This document shows positions 47,078 through 60,759 of a stretch of DNA of 64,000 bases, in pieces. The position numbers and the translations under genes were made by a program. Position 1 is the stretch's first letter. Each line of letters begins with the position of its first letter. Origin of the DNA: Phoronis australis (lineage: Eukaryota; Animalia; Phoronida); contig NMRA01000275.1 of the NCBI GenBank assembly GCA_002633005.1, positions 165,336 through 229,335 of the forward strand. The letters run 5' to 3'. The notes beneath the pieces are model-generated. The model was not told the origin of the DNA. It searched no databases and saw only the letters and a program-made list of their open reading frames with translations.

Positions 47078-48720
47078 GTTACCAGTTAAGCCCTACAGTG
47101 AGCAAGGGGATGGTCCACTTGCAGCAAGATGGAGAATGCTCTTTTCTTGCTGCTGCAAAGACCATGGAAATCATAGACGGTTGCAAAGTAGGTACGTAAT
47201 CTGACCAACTCCCGGTATGTGATGAATGTGATCACACTGAGCGGGCAGCATGTCGTGTTTTCTGTGACCATAAAACTATACAGGTAATAACTCTCCTGGA
47301 TATTCTAATCATCAACAATACTTTTAGTCAGTTATTGTGTTTAATTAGATATTCTCCCGCGATATTTCGTTCAACTAAAAATCAATAACGCAGTCAGGCG
47401 CTTTTTAATGTTGGGGCACCCCTAATTTTCTTTTGGAGAAAAAACGTTGTCAGGACCTTTTAGTGTGTTGAGGTGAACATTCCACCCTTGCGTTTTGGCA
47501 TAGACCCAGATGGCCTTCATTTTATCTGCGTGCCGCTTTTCAATCCCACTGTATCGTTAGTTAATTAAAGTACTATATAAAAATCTTAATTCACTAAGAT
47601 AACATATCCGGTACCTAAATGAATTTACTAATTATAAAGAACCATAACTTTAGTGAAAAAAAAAAATTTAATGTTTAAAATGTCCCTTTATTAACAGTCA
47701 GAATAATGTGACCTGTGCCTGGTTTATTTTCTATTTTTCTGTAAATGTCTGGTGTCAGTTTTTTAAAATTGTTTTTGAAGGAAGGATTGTCTCCAAAAAC
47801 CTTTTATTTTCAGCTCTCAATAATATAAGTGAAGAAGTGAGAAGAAGTATACATGGTCTAATAATCAGAGGGCTGGTTATGGGCTGACCACATCCACATT
47901 CGGTAGAATTGTGTGCGTTTGATTGTTGAGTTGTTTGGAAATTACTTTTGCCAGGGTTCCAATTTGGCACAGGTCATGATCGAGAACCTGATACTGGGAT
48001 AAGGAATGAATATATGAAGGTAGTACAAAAGTCCTGGGAAATGACAAAGTAAAGACAAGCTAGAGGAGGCTGAAAATGAAATGGTGCTGACCTCAACAAT
48101 TGATCAGGTTCAGCATATAAATATCTGATCATTAACTTATTGCTTAATGGTGAAGTTTCTTGTCAATCCAATAAAAAACCTTTGCAAGTTCGCTATTTGT
48201 TTGCACGTCCATTTTCTCTCACAATGGCTGCAGATCATTCCACCTTAAGATGATTCCCTTACAATCTTGTACTGCAAAGCATTCTTTCATTTGTCTTGTT
48301 ATTTCCTCACTCAGTCAGTGTCTGTCTCCTTGTGTCTCTCCTGATGACACAAACTGTCCAACAATGCTAGCTAGGTCACAGGTGGTAAAGTTGTCAAAAA
48401 GTTATGAATAAACAGTGTACGCATGGGTTCAGCGACTTCGAATTGTGATGATCAGCACTTGACTGACGCAATGCCACAATTGTTGTACACTTGAAGAATG
48501 TAAAGACACGCAACTTTGGGAGTTTTTCTTACCCAGATCACGATTCGTTTGGATGTGCGGTATAATATACAGAAATTCAGTTTAATTTGAATTTTAGCCG
48601 CAATATTTGTCAAACTCAGGTCCTCCAATTTCACATGTTGTTTTAGCAAGGCGACACAAACAGGCAAATGGTATGACCTGCCACTCAACTGCATGTGTCA
48701 ATGCACCTCCGTCTTGTCTA

Positions 48721-48843
48721 TCATGTTTTTGTGTCGAACAACTGAGCGACAGTGTACTGATACAGTTCTTTGTTGATGGCCTTAACTGTCTGTAGTTCAC
48801 ATGCATCTGCAATTCGCTTTCCACCACCAGCTTGCTTCAATGC
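48721..48843 (-). CDS. WDR18: WDR18 terminal exon
   Basis: ttacag acceptor; ELQTVKAINKELYQYTVAQLF coiled-coil end; TGA stop. Confidence 0.85.
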   Translation of the reverse strand, partial: ALKQAGGGKRIADACELQTVKAINKELYQYTVAQLFDTKT

Positions 48844-51800
48844 CTGTAAAGCAGAAGAACAAGCAGACAGTATGGTGTCAAATATTGGAAACAGAAGGTT
48901 CAAATAGGGCCTTATCCTCTATGCTCACCACTTGTACAATAGACCTTTCCTAATATAGAGCTAATGGATATTAATATTTTTTTGAAAAACGGAAGCTTGA
49001 ACAGTGCTAAAGAAGTAATGGTTGCTCATTTTTTCAAATATTCCCGAGAGAGTCAAATCCATATTAAAATAAAAAATATGACCACAGCCCCAGAAATCGT
49101 TTTCGCATTTTATCCCCTTGCACACATTTACAAGTAAGATCGAGCTCAGATAAATAGGAGGCATATTTATGCAATGCTCGAAGATGAGCCAGTGAAGCCA
49201 GGATTTGCACCCAAGTCTCCCAAGCGAGACTCTGGAGCTCTAACCACTGATCCACACTGTCTCCATCTAAAAATCAACATCAGCTGTACATGTTCTCATC
49301 ACTAGGAACACATAAGCACAACCTTCATGAAGATCCATAGAAGAATATGGCTAGTTCCTTACATAGATGACAGAGAGCGTGACAGTTATATGTACAGTAA
49401 TGAAAACTAGACTCAGTTCTTGTTACAAGTGTGTAGCTTAGTGATTAACCTGATCTTCAGTCTCACTGAGTGGGACCATGGATCTAAATCTCATTGTGTG
49501 AGACAACTACACCAAGTTTTGTGCCTATACTCTACTGTAATGAGAAGGCACTATTACATGTCTACTGCGCTAACATGAGAAATGAGGCAATAGAAAATCA
49601 AATATTAACAGACTCTAGTTATCGTACAGTCTTTGTAAGAGTTTGTCAAAGAACTTCGCAGATATGGAGACAGACACAATGACGGTTTGTCACCGAAGTG
49701 CACCCCAGCAGTCACATCTATTGAAAAATTAACACATCACGATTTCTTCAATAGAAATACATTATGCTATATTTCTTCAATAGGAATACATTATGCTATA
49801 TTTCTTCAATAAGAAAACATAATTCTTCAATAGGAATACATTATGCTATATTTCTTCAATAGGAATACATAATCTACAGGCTTTCCAATTTCAGAAAATA
49901 CATACCTTTACTGCATTAAAATCATGACTATAACTTTTCAGATATTTGATTAGTACAACATATCAATAAGACCCAACGTAATCTTAAGCAGAATTAAAGC
50001 ACTTCATCCTTGAGGTAATGCTCAATTATGGTTAACCAATCTAGAAATCAAATATTCATTTATTACACCTTACTAAAGAAAATCACTGTCAGTTTTATAT
50101 CTCCACACCATCAGTCAAATGCAACGTTATATTTCAAAAATGTACAGTAAAGGCAAACCTTCAGTATATCTTCGTTGCTGATGTTTTCTGTTCTTGTTGG
50201 TCTTGCCTACAGGAAAATGTTTCAAATTATTATTTGCAAGACTGATGTCACTTAACTGTCCAGAATAGTCAAAGATTACAAATGAATTTAATTAATGATT
50301 GCATCATGCATGATCAATAACCATCAAGTTCTAATATCTGGGACTTTTTTCTTGTGAACAGCAGTGGATACAGTGGTTGACTGAAGAACTGCGTTGTGCA
50401 ATAGTCGATTCAGTTGAATACATTTCAACTGAATCATGGCAATCAGTATTCATCTCCAGCTGCATTATTAGAAACATTTAGCAATTTAAAAGAGCACTTT
50501 CATTCTCACGTCATACATACATATCCATATGGTTCTAACTCTAGTAGAAATGCAAAGTTTTCAGACCTCAAAAATGTGTAAACTGTAGTGGAGTAGTGGT
50601 CATTATCACATTTGGGGTTTGAAAACCAACACATCAACCAAGTTTGATAGTCAACAATTGTTTTATTAATAATTATAGCCACTGAGTAATTCATGAAAGG
50701 AGGCTATGTGCAGGGTTTCGATTGTATATCAATCACTCCTGTGGTCAGTCGTCTGCCACCCTGATTTACCCAAACTGTTGAGGTGATATTTTGCAAAAAC
50801 TCTCGGGAGATGAACAAAGAAACAATCGGTTATAAGTTGGGAAAGATGCCAAGTTTTGCAGATCTATATACAATCATGGTTGTTTTTAATGCAAACAATT
50901 TGCAAACATCGTTTGTTTATGTCAATGCAATCACAAGCTGCGTGTCTGCATGCCCGCTGTGTACCTAAAGTTTGTGAACATATTAGAATTTGAAACATAT
51001 ATTTTGTGCAATAACATAACAGGGGAAACTGATGATGCAGGGTTATACTTAATGGTTATTTAAAATCAATAACGTGACGTCACAATCCCATTTTCATAAA
51101 TAGGCTTAAAGGACTTTCAAGTTTGATGACATGTAGGTGGCGGAGTAGTGGTTTGCTAACAGGAAGATCCCAGAATCAAATCATGGAAAAAGTCTTGAAA
51201 AAGAATTAAAACTTACAGCATTATCACAGGAGAGGCAATATGTAAAATTACTGACCTCGAAATAATGACTGCTGGTATGGTCATAAGTCATATGGTTTCA
51301 CCCATAAGTTTATAATTTCACATTCTGTCCAAATCATTCAATAATCTAATGTGTCATATGGTTTCACTTATAATCATCACCTTAATCGTTTATTTTCACT
51401 AGACTCACAAGCAGCAAACAGTCTGGAAGAAGCAAGTTATTAAATACATCACAAACTAAATGTTAGTGATACAAATAAGAGCAAAAGTATAAAGCTATAT
51501 GACAAAAACATGACTTTTTAAAACGATTGGTAGGAGCTAAGAACCAGAATTCATTGAATGATAGTTGTTAGATAAATGTGACTAAATAATTATGGTAACA
51601 CCTCCTATATGTGGCAGGGCAGCCTCTTTTAACGTCTCTTAAGCATCGCATGCTGAAAAAATTACACCTTCTTTATGCGACAGGAATTTTATATCAAAGT
51701 TATATGGTACTGTTTCTTGGCAATTACTATTTTATTTGAAGAAACTGAAAAACAAACATTGGGAGACTTTAATAAATGGAACAAAGGCCATGACTTCGCC

Positions 51801-54800
51801 TACCTTATTCTTGACTTCCGTCAAAGCCCTGCCAGTCTCAGCTGAGTCTGACTGAAGATGTCGCTTAAGTGGCAGCAAAGGCATTTCAGTGAACTTGTCA
51901 TCCGAAGCCATAATACCAGAAGGTGTGGGGATTACCAAAAGATTGGTGATGGCTCCTTCAAGATGAAAAAACCAAATATTTCAACAATTCATCTGAAGGC
52001 TCACATTACAAAAGCGTCCCACTCAACCAAACTTGAAATTAAAGAGAATTTTGCTACAGTGAACAAACTGCTCGACTCTGCAAGTTTGAATAAAATTTTT
52101 TATGTCAATGACTGTTAAGCAATAACATAACAAGAGCAACGCGGAGCACTGAAATGCGCCCACGAATGTACCGCAAACAATGTGCTTCTAGAGTTGTTCA
52201 TTACTATCATAAAAATGGCCAATAGATGGCGCAACATGTCCAATCCATCTTAAAACAGTACATGTCATCGCTTGTTTAATAGAAAGCTATTTACCAAATT
52301 TCATAAAAATCTGTCAAGGAACTTCAGAGAAACAAAGAAAAACGGAAAAAAATGAAATTGCCACTCAGGGGCACAGCATCCTCCTCAAAGTTGTCACCTA
52401 TTGTTAGCTTCATATAAATACACTTACTAAATTTAATAAAGATCCTACAGAAGGTTTAGGCGATGCAGCTGTGGCCGCAAAACAAAACAAAACCACCACT
52501 AGGAAGTGCCACAGTAGCCAAAGTTGTCAGCGTAATCCTCTTCACACTGAGAAGATACACGCCAATTTTCAAAATCATCCATAGAATGGTTTGGTTGATA
52601 GAGGGGTGGACGCCAAAAAACAGATTCGAAAACAGTAAAAATGTCAACTAGTTGATGCAAAAAACCTCGAATCCATCTGAAAATGGGAGGATAACGTCAC
52701 CCCAATAATACATGACTATATTCTGAATTTTATGAAACTCCGTTGGGGACCTGTGAATATGCACTGGTAAACATAAAAAACTAAGGGGGGACACTGGTGG
52801 TCAGATCTGTGCGAAAGTCATCGTCGTTCGTTGTCAATATCATATAAATACAGTTGCTAAATTTAGTAAAAAGATCCTGCGAACTATTTAGGAGATACAG
52901 CCATGGGTGCAAAAAACTGCCACTATGAGGCACCACAGTACTTGTAGTCATTGGAAAATCATCATCAGCAATCCTCTTTGAAGTAAGAAAATAAATGTCA
53001 ATTTCCACAATCATCCTTAAAGCGATTCGGTTGATGGAGGGTGGACGCCACAAAACCGACTCCAAAACAGTAAAAATGGCCACTAGGTGGCGCAAAATAC
53101 CTCAAATCCATCAGAAAACGGGACAACAGTGTCATCTCATCAATAGATGCCTATCTTCCAACTTTTATGAAAATACATTGAGGACCATTGAAGATACAAA
53201 CTAAGGTAAGCATAAAAAAACTAAGATTGCCATTAGGGGGCACACCGGTAGTTCAATTCATGTGAAAGTCTTCATTGTCCGTTGTAAATATGTGGGCGCA
53301 TAAAAACACATTTTTAGAAAACTACATCCACATGACTACAAATTCCTTGCACATAACATACTTCTTTGCTAGTCAAGGATTTAAAATTGTTTCATGGGTT
53401 AAATCTCAGTATTTTAGACAATATTTCAAAGACTGCAACTTAGATACCTTAAGGAGATACATTCTAGCATGTTAATCCGAGAAAAAGAGGCTCAGTTTGA
53501 ACAATGTTTCTTTTCATAAAGAACAAACATGAGTTTTGGCAGACACAAAGAGAGACCTAATGGGCAAAACGTATAGCTGCCAAAATTGAACGGCTACTCA
53601 CGGATGTTGAAACGATGAAATCTGCCCTCTGTGTTTAAGTTTCATTGAAATGCGTCAATTAGTGCTCTGGACATTGTCCAAAAATGTCATTTAAAAATAT
53701 TCAAAAAGCCCCTTGTCAAGACCAAAATGTCCACCGGGTATGCAGGAGAGGTCAAATTTGCCCCAAAATTAGCTAATTCTAGCACATTGCCATCACATAG
53801 CCTTGTGATAAATTTCAATGAAATCCCTCACTCTGTTCTCTAGATAGTATCTGCAAATGCTGTAGTGGTTGAAAACTGATGTGTTTCAGCGGATTGCCAT
53901 CACGTACCTACGTATCAAATTCATTGAAATCTATCAACTCTATCAACTGGCTCTCTAGATATTATCCAGAAACAATCTTCCTAAAAAATAGTGAAAAGTT
54001 CCTTATCAAATTAATTTTCTGGGCATCATTAATTTAATTATCACTGAAAATTTTTAATTTTGTATGTGGAGTTTCATTTACCTCGAGTAAACTAGGTCAG
54101 AAGGCAGAGCCAGCAGTTAGAAGATCAATACATGCTGTGGAGAATGATATCAAGAAACTAAGTACGAAGTGGACTGTAGAAATTGAGATGGCGGATAAAG
54201 CGTGCCATAAGCACAAGATCGAAACAGCTAAATGTCAAATTATGAATCAAATTAATGAATTTTGGAGAGGATTTATCATTTTTAACAACTTGCTGTGTTA
54301 GTGAACACACAGAGGCGGTTCAGCGACTCGGATTCGGTGCATTCATTCTCACCAGTCGTATGCATGCAGATGCACAACTGCCTTACGATAAAAACTATGT
54401 TTTATCTTCGTTTTCCGCAGCATCTTCCTATGCTACGTACCCCGTTGACTAAATATTATGGCGACTCGGTGAATGAGAGGAGTGAGGACACATACGGAAC
54501 TGCTCTATGCCTGGCACTGGGAGATTCAATTTGCATGACAGCCTTCTAACCTTTGACCTCAGATAAGTAGCAAACAAATTTCGACGCTGTTGAAGGTGGT
54601 TGTACTAACTCCGCTCGCTACATGGTCTATATTTTGTATTTGAAGTTCCCCAAGAATGACGAAAAGGTAATTTGCTACACATATGTGAAATATTGTAAAA
54701 ACAGCCAATCCTTGTCAATAAAGTCTGAGATATTGTTAATATCCTTTTAATTTACGATTTGTTTAATAAGAACAGGGCACATATAGGGAAGATGCAAAAC

Positions 54801-56611
54801 AAAATAAGATGTGAAAGTAGTGAGTACAGTAGTAGTCAGATCAGTCTGAATATAAGTGTGTGCCTTCTCTCAATGGTAAAATCCAAGACTGCAAAATTTC
54901 ATAAAAAATAAATCAAGGGGTTTGGGAGAGAGACAGGTGGAAACCAAGATAGAAAGACAGATGCTGGATGACAAAATAGAGGAAATGCAAATGCACTCAC
55001 ATACATATATGTGGGCACATAATGACCACTTTTTAAATGCAAGTACAGTACCTTTGTGAGAGAACACTTTCAGACACTGTCGACTGTGAACATCCCATAG
55101 TCTCACCGTGGAGTCATGAGAGCCGGAGACTAGCGTGTGGGCATCCATTGTAGTGCACAGACAAGTAACCTGTTGTGTGTGGCCTTGAAACACGGGTGCA
55201 GTCGATGACTTGGAAATGTGCTTTTCAACCATGGCAGGCTAAGAACATTACATAATAATGTTACCAAGTAAAATCAGATTCGCAGTACAATATGCTAGAA
55301 ACCTAACTTTAACAAAACTTGGAGTTTCTGCTATTGCAACATTGGTCTAAGCTTGTTCCTTTCTAAGCTGAAAAATGATTATCACGCTTGAAAAGAACTA
55401 ACAGTTCATCATTCCTCAAGTCCAGGCTCCAAAAGTGTGACCTCAACACCAGAGATCAATTCTGAGCAAGGAACAAGTAGCAAACATAAGCTTTTTTAGC
55501 ACTTGTTCGAAGAAATCATAGTAAACCAGCATGGCATTGACTTACTAGCTGTGACAGCAGTGTAGCACATGAGTAACACATCCCCTGTGCTACTTTTGGG
55601 TTCAATTTGCCCTCTCGTTGCCCATCTCCCGTGGTAGTCTACTTTCCACAAAAATCATTGCATAACCTGAGGTATCTGATATAAATTTTCAGTGGAAAAA
55701 AGCGCAGTATTAAACAGCGGACTATAAAACCACCAAAATAGTGGAGCAAATACATATTAACATAGTGGTTAATAAGTATGGAATTGAGGCCAGTAGCCTA
55801 AATCAAAATATTTTTACAGGGGACGGGTTGACAGCACCCATAACAAACTAAAATTGTAAATAAAAAGGACAAAACAAAGTGTATGATCGATTTATTGAGA
55901 TTTGAGTAAACCACAGAACAAGAATTAATAATATACTTTGCACAATGCTTTTATACTGAAAATAAATGATGCTGTAGTTTCGAAAACAAATTGCCTGCTC
56001 TAACAGCCACAGACAAGAAACAGCCTCTGACAGAAATACATAAGCAAGCCATAGTACACATATAGTGAGCACTAGGCCCAATTTCCACAACAAGACCCAA
56101 AGTCTCACCTCTGTTCTCGAAACTTAACTAGAAAATTCCCCAATTTTACATCACGTTTCAAGTAAAGTTACAAAGTTTTACACTTAAAACGTGCACCATG
56201 ATTGGTGAAATTTCAAGTCTGAGTCAGAGTCGAGACTGACATCAGAGATTAGATCCTGGAGTCAGATCTTCTCTTAAGAATCTAATTTTTTCCATTCTCA
56301 ATAGTTACCCTCACCAAAGACGTTAAAGAAACATTATTAGCTGAATTCCACATTTCTCTATAGCTTTGGCTGTATTGAAATAACAATTAGAAACTTAAAT
56401 CAATTTCTTTTTTCTCACTGTTACGGTGATATGAGGTCACATACAGACAGATGAACAGATGCCTTACCTTTTCAAACAAAGAGACTTGGTAAATATCGCC
56501 TGTATATCCACCAACATACAAGTGCCTCTCGGCTGCTCCAGACGTGATCGAGCACAAGCCAACATCAAATACAAATGTGCATAACAACTCTCCAGTAGAT
56601 AAGTCCCACAC
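48721..56611 (-). CDS. WDR18: WD repeat-containing protein 18 (Ipi3; PELP1/Rix1 complex), 3' five exons, 5'-incomplete
   Basis: Exons 56611-56468, 55238-55052, 51955-51804, 50206-50159, 48843-48721 (TGA), all AG/GT and in phase. VWDLSTGELLCTFVFDV...GGYTGDIYQVSL, VFQGHTQQVTCL...LVSGSHDSTVRLWDVHSRQCLK...KGAITN and the C-terminal KAINKELYQY match WDR18 as recalled. Confidence 0.9.
49195..49263 (-). mobile_element. tRNA-derived SINE head (degenerate)
   Basis: A-box tggatcagtggttagagc and B-box gggtgcaaatcc without a full cloverleaf; similar head at ~36132-36188 (-). Confidence 0.45.
49742..49872. repeat. ~29-bp minisatellite, ~4.5 copies
   Basis: Unit atttcttcaataggaatacattatgctat. Confidence 0.85.
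50159..50206 (-). CDS. WDR18: WDR18 short exon (ARPTRTENISNEDILK)
   Basis: ctgtag/gtttgc boundaries, phase 0-0; poorly conserved region, so support is mainly the splice signals. Confidence 0.6.
51804..51955 (-). CDS. WDR18: WDR18 exon
   Basis: ttgaag/gtaggc on minus strand; AITNLLVIP...PLLPLKRHL. Confidence 0.85.
52129..53306 (-). mobile_element. Family A Helentron/DINE-1-like element, minus orientation, in a WDR18 intron
   Basis: Reverse complement of the 20601-22362 termini (aacaagagcaacgcggagc...gcgcccacg; atgtgggcgcataaaaa) with fewer array units and no GTCC core. Confidence 0.8.
55052..55238 (-). CDS. WDR18: WDR18 exon
   Basis: cttag/gtactg on minus strand; GH...SGSHDSTVRLWD. Confidence 0.92.
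56468..56611 (-). CDS. WDR18: WDR18 exon
   Basis: ttttag/gtaagg on minus strand; WD repeat. Confidence 0.9.
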
Positions 56612-56699
56612 CTAAAACAGATAGGAAGGCACCTTTTTGGCGATGGTAAAGGTCTTGGGGTCAGTACAGGTACAGTACAGCCACTGAATTATTAGACTT

Positions 56700-56885
56700 T
56701 CTCCGGTCTCCCTCCGGTCTGGCTAGGCATGAGGCAGACTAGAAACAGACCAGAGAGTGGGAAGTGAGTTGACAACTGGCGTGAGCTTAAGCGTGACTGT
56801 GCCCGGAACTTACCATGAGTTAGGCATGAATGAAGCGTGAGAGGACTGTGAGCCAGGCTTGAGTCATGTGTGAGTTTTTTTGCCT
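56700..56885. repeat. GCGTGAG-rich interspersed repeat, related to 63770-64000
   Basis: ccggtctccctccggtctggctaggcatgaggcagac is similar to ccggtaacactccagcctggccaggcgtgaggtagac. Confidence 0.5.
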
Positions 56886-57659
56886 TCTCTACAGTCGGTA
56901 CAATCGTAATTGTTATTCTCACTCGTTTAGCGCGATTTGAACAAAGTGCTGTATCACATTTCAAGAAGATTTTTTCAGTGCTAAAAACATCTAGCAAACA
57001 ACTGTAAGAACTTTGACAACATCGGTAAGGAATTCCTTACTGTCTTTGCAATATATATGGTACTGGTCAGCTATCTCAAGGCAACTATTCTATGTGACCG
57101 CTAAGCAATATAGTTTACTAATATATAGTTCATTAAAACGTGTGGATGCACTACTTACTCAACTGGAAGCCAAATCATCAAGACGCACAAGTGAGTAATA
57201 CTATCTTTAATGCAGAAATGTATCATGAACATCTAATGAATTGTATGAAATATTGTATATTTAATTTAGTCGATTTATTATTTGACATTTATTCGTGTAA
57301 TATTTAGTTATTAACTGTTTACTGTGTGTTATTTCTCGTTTATACTAGTGGGTCTAGATCGTTTACTTGTTAAACGATCTCTGCACCGCAGGCACAAGTG
57401 CCGAAGTAAGCACATTTAGTTTAGTGTAGGTTTCTGACTGAACTTGAGAGCTCGCTTTAGGTGTGGCGATAAGTTGTATATACGGTTTGTCTTTACATAT
57501 TGATTTCAGAATGCCACTTGTTATCCGTGCATTTAGTTTATGCTTGTATTTTTTGATTTTTTTTTGATTTTGGATGGCAAGTGTTTGTTAATTTTATCAG
57601 TTCAAGCTCGAGAGAAAATGTTGTAATTTTTGTTAACGTCGTTACCCTCATTGAGTATG

Positions 57660-58495
57660 GGTTGGTCATTTATTAAGTTCTTTGAGATCATCTCTTGATC
57701 GTTTATTCAATGGAGTATGCCTGGGTACGCGAGCTTTATGGTTTGCTATGGTGTCAATTATAATGAAGCTTGGGCAGTGGTCAGATAGAGACGATAATAG
57801 AATTCCTGCCTGAGACTGTTCAAGGAAACAGGAAAATTTAATATAAATATGGTCAATAAGTGTAGCAGAGAGATCAGTAAATGTAACGGAAAGAGCAATT
57901 TTAGGAGAGTGGTGGTGGGCTATCATTACATCAAAAAATTCATAAAGTTTCAAATTGGGGTTTAAGCTTATAAAGTTGAAGCTGAAGTCCCCCCACATAA
58001 TTATTGCTTTGTTATATGAAGACAGATGGGTTTGTTCAAGGGAACGTATATTCATTGAGGAATAGATCATCGTTTCTGAATTCATTTGTGGGTGGTCAGT
58101 AAACATTAACAATAGTCAATGTTTTATTCTCACGCGTTCTTACATGCGCTATTAGTCCTTTCCATGAAGTAAAATTGTTAACCTAGTGACCTTCATAACT
58201 TCCAAGTATATATGATGAGATCTTCCTGACGAGAACAAGACTCCTCAGGTGGCATTGATGCAACCCCGAAAGTTGAAATAAATTCGGATTATCATTTTCG
58301 CTTAACCAGGTTTCCTGGAGGCAGTTGATGTCAATACACTTGTGTGCTTCATGAATCATTTCCTGAAATTCTGCAAGCCTGGAAGAGGTATTGACACTTA
58401 GTATGCATAACTTGTGTTTATCGGACTTAAGGTATTTTTTGAAACCACTGGTATCATAGTATGCGCACGTTGATGAAACTGTCTTCATCATTCAG
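57660..58495 (-). mobile_element. Degenerate L2/CR1-group LINE endonuclease
   Basis: LCILSVNTSS...DINCLQETWLS, IMWGDFSFN, SATLIDHIY, LSDHCP. Confidence 0.8.
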
Positions 58496-58983
58496 TCTCG
58501 GTTTGTCAATTATGATTGTCAGTTATGTATTGTAGTTGTCGGTTCCACCATAGGCGTTTAACACCTCTTTGGAACCTAAAGACATGTCACCTATCATGTT
58601 AATGGGTTCATTCATGGTGGACAAAATGACTACGCTGCTCTTCAACAGAGCCATGCCAAATTGAAAAGTGAATGCTTGCGGTCTGCTATTGAAACTAACG
58701 ATAATATAAATTCTATATATACTATTAAGACTAACTAACATCGAAAAACTACTGTAGTATGAAGTAGGAAGCTTAAAAACAAACATATAAATTAATAAAT
58801 TAATTGGTTGAATCATCCAATGATTAGATTAGGTGTTCCTGGATTTTGTTCACAAATTCTTTCAGAGTTTTTAAAAGTACGCTAGTAACTTGTCTCTGAA
58901 TGCATCTGATGAGTCCAAGGTAGTAAACAGAAAACTGTTTCTAGTTCTTTAGTCAACATTGTGTCTGTTAATATGCAATATCC

Positions 58984-59335
58984 GTGTTTGAAAGACTAAT
59001 AACGATGGTATTTCCCGTCATTTTTGCACGAGGACGAGTGTACAAGACTGATGAAACATGTGGTGTACTACACAAGTTAAATGGAACATTTCCTCAACAT
59101 GTTTTCCTTTTGATTTATAAAGCTCTAACTTTACTACAATTCACTTATGCTGTATGTAACATGCTGGGGTTTCCACAACTGCCGTGGACTACAAGTATTA
59201 CAAAAACTTGCTGTTCGAAATATACCTCATCACACTTCCTATCTCATACTGACCCGTTATTTCGGTCTCTGAATATTCTTCCCTAAAACGACATTTTTCA
59301 TATTTCCTGTCAAAGATTTTTCTATAAGTCTCTTA
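58984..59335 (+). mobile_element. L2/CR1-group LINE ORF2 3' fragment
   Basis: LLIYKAL...FTYA...SHTDPLFRSLNILP. Confidence 0.6.
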
Positions 59336-59503
59336 CCCCATATTTCTCAGGTTTTAATTATGATATCAATCTTGATTCATCCAAACGTTAAAGAAATGTC
59401 CCCTCAAGTTACGCCGATTTTTGTGTAACACTTCCACCGCTCAACCCGTAATCACCAATACCACTCTCTCAAGCCAAGAGCCTCTGCAACTTTCTTCCAG
59501 AGC

Positions 59504-60759
59504 TTATTACTCTGCGCTTGTAAGCGCAGAGTACTGTTGTTCCTGGGTTTTCTTCAATTTTATTCTTATTCTTCTTATTCTTTTTCTTCTTCCGACCAAC
59601 TTTGAGGCTTAATAAGTCCAAATTGGGTGCACGTACGGTCTTTAAATTCAGCATATGACTTTTGACAGTATATAAATTTTGATTGGTTATATAATCATAT
59701 TCCATATTGCAGCGGAAGAGGTCGTTTGGTGCAAAGGACATATAATTTTCAAAATGCTACTCCTCATTCAGTTTTAAAGCTATCTTTTTCAAATTCGGTG
59801 CACAGGTATAAGTCAACATGACAAATTAAAAAATTACTTTTCTAAGTAATCGGGTCATCCAATCAGGTGAAATAGGTCAAAGGTCATTAGGTGCAAACTG
59901 AATTTTTGAGCTAGGCCCTTCAAATTGACTGGTCTGATTGCCACAGGTAAATCAAATCGGAATCCAAAGTTTCAGGTCATTTAGTGCAAACATGGGGTCA
60001 TTAGGTGCATTTTTCTCCTGAAAATTTGACCTTTTCAATCGGCAAGTATTCTGATGTGTCAACCGTTAAACAACTGTGATTTTCAGCGTTAAACACATTT
60101 TCCGTGGGCTTTGCAATAATTCTCCTAAAGATGCTTAAAATGCACCGGATAAGGTCAATTAGTGCAAAGGTCATGTAACGTTCAAAATGTTATATCTCTT
60201 ACGTTTTTCAAGGAATTCTTTTCAATTTCAGCACACTGGTGTAAGTCAACATGCCAATTGAATACCCTACTTTACTTCACAATAGGCCAAACCAATCAGA
60301 AAAAATAGGTCAAAGGTCATTGAGTGCAAACTAAAATTTTGAGCTAGAGACTTCAGAATTACGTATCTGTTTACTAAGTGCGATTGAGTTTGAATTCTAA
60401 ATTTTCAGGTCATTTGGTGCACCCATGGGGTCATTAGGTGCATTTTTCTTCTGAAAATTTGACCACTTCATTCATCTTGTATTCTGAAGTGCTTAAAGTA
60501 AAACATCTGTGATTATTAGCATTAACCACACTTTTAATCGAGTTAACAATTACTCCCTCATCGGGGCTCATAATGCACCGGAAGAGGTCAATTAGTGGAA
60601 AGGTCATCAAAAAATTAATATGTAATTTCTCCTACAATTTTAAAGAATTCCTTTTCATATTGGTAAACGGGTTGCTGTCAGTAACTTCCCATAATAATTC
60701 CAGTAATACGCACGCGCAGAGTCCGTTATTGTCACGCCGTGACAATAATCTTTCTAGTT
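59504..60759 (+). mobile_element. Complete Helentron/DINE-1-like non-autonomous element (family B)
   Basis: 5' palindrome tactctgcgctt-gt-aagcgcagagta, (TTATTC/TTC)n core, ~433-bp internal tandem repeat (59708, 60141, 60573), 3' subTIR gcgcagagt, perfect hairpin ttattgtcacg-c-cgtgacaataa, ctagtt end. Confidence 0.8.

Noticed and set aside
49195-49263. tRNA gene (also ~36132-36188)
   Set aside because: A/B boxes only, with no complete cloverleaf or acceptor stem; treated as SINE heads
58900-58950. Hammerhead ribozyme core ctgatgagtcc (also ctgatga at 48342)
   Set aside because: No complementary stem II followed by GAAA and no consistent stems I/III
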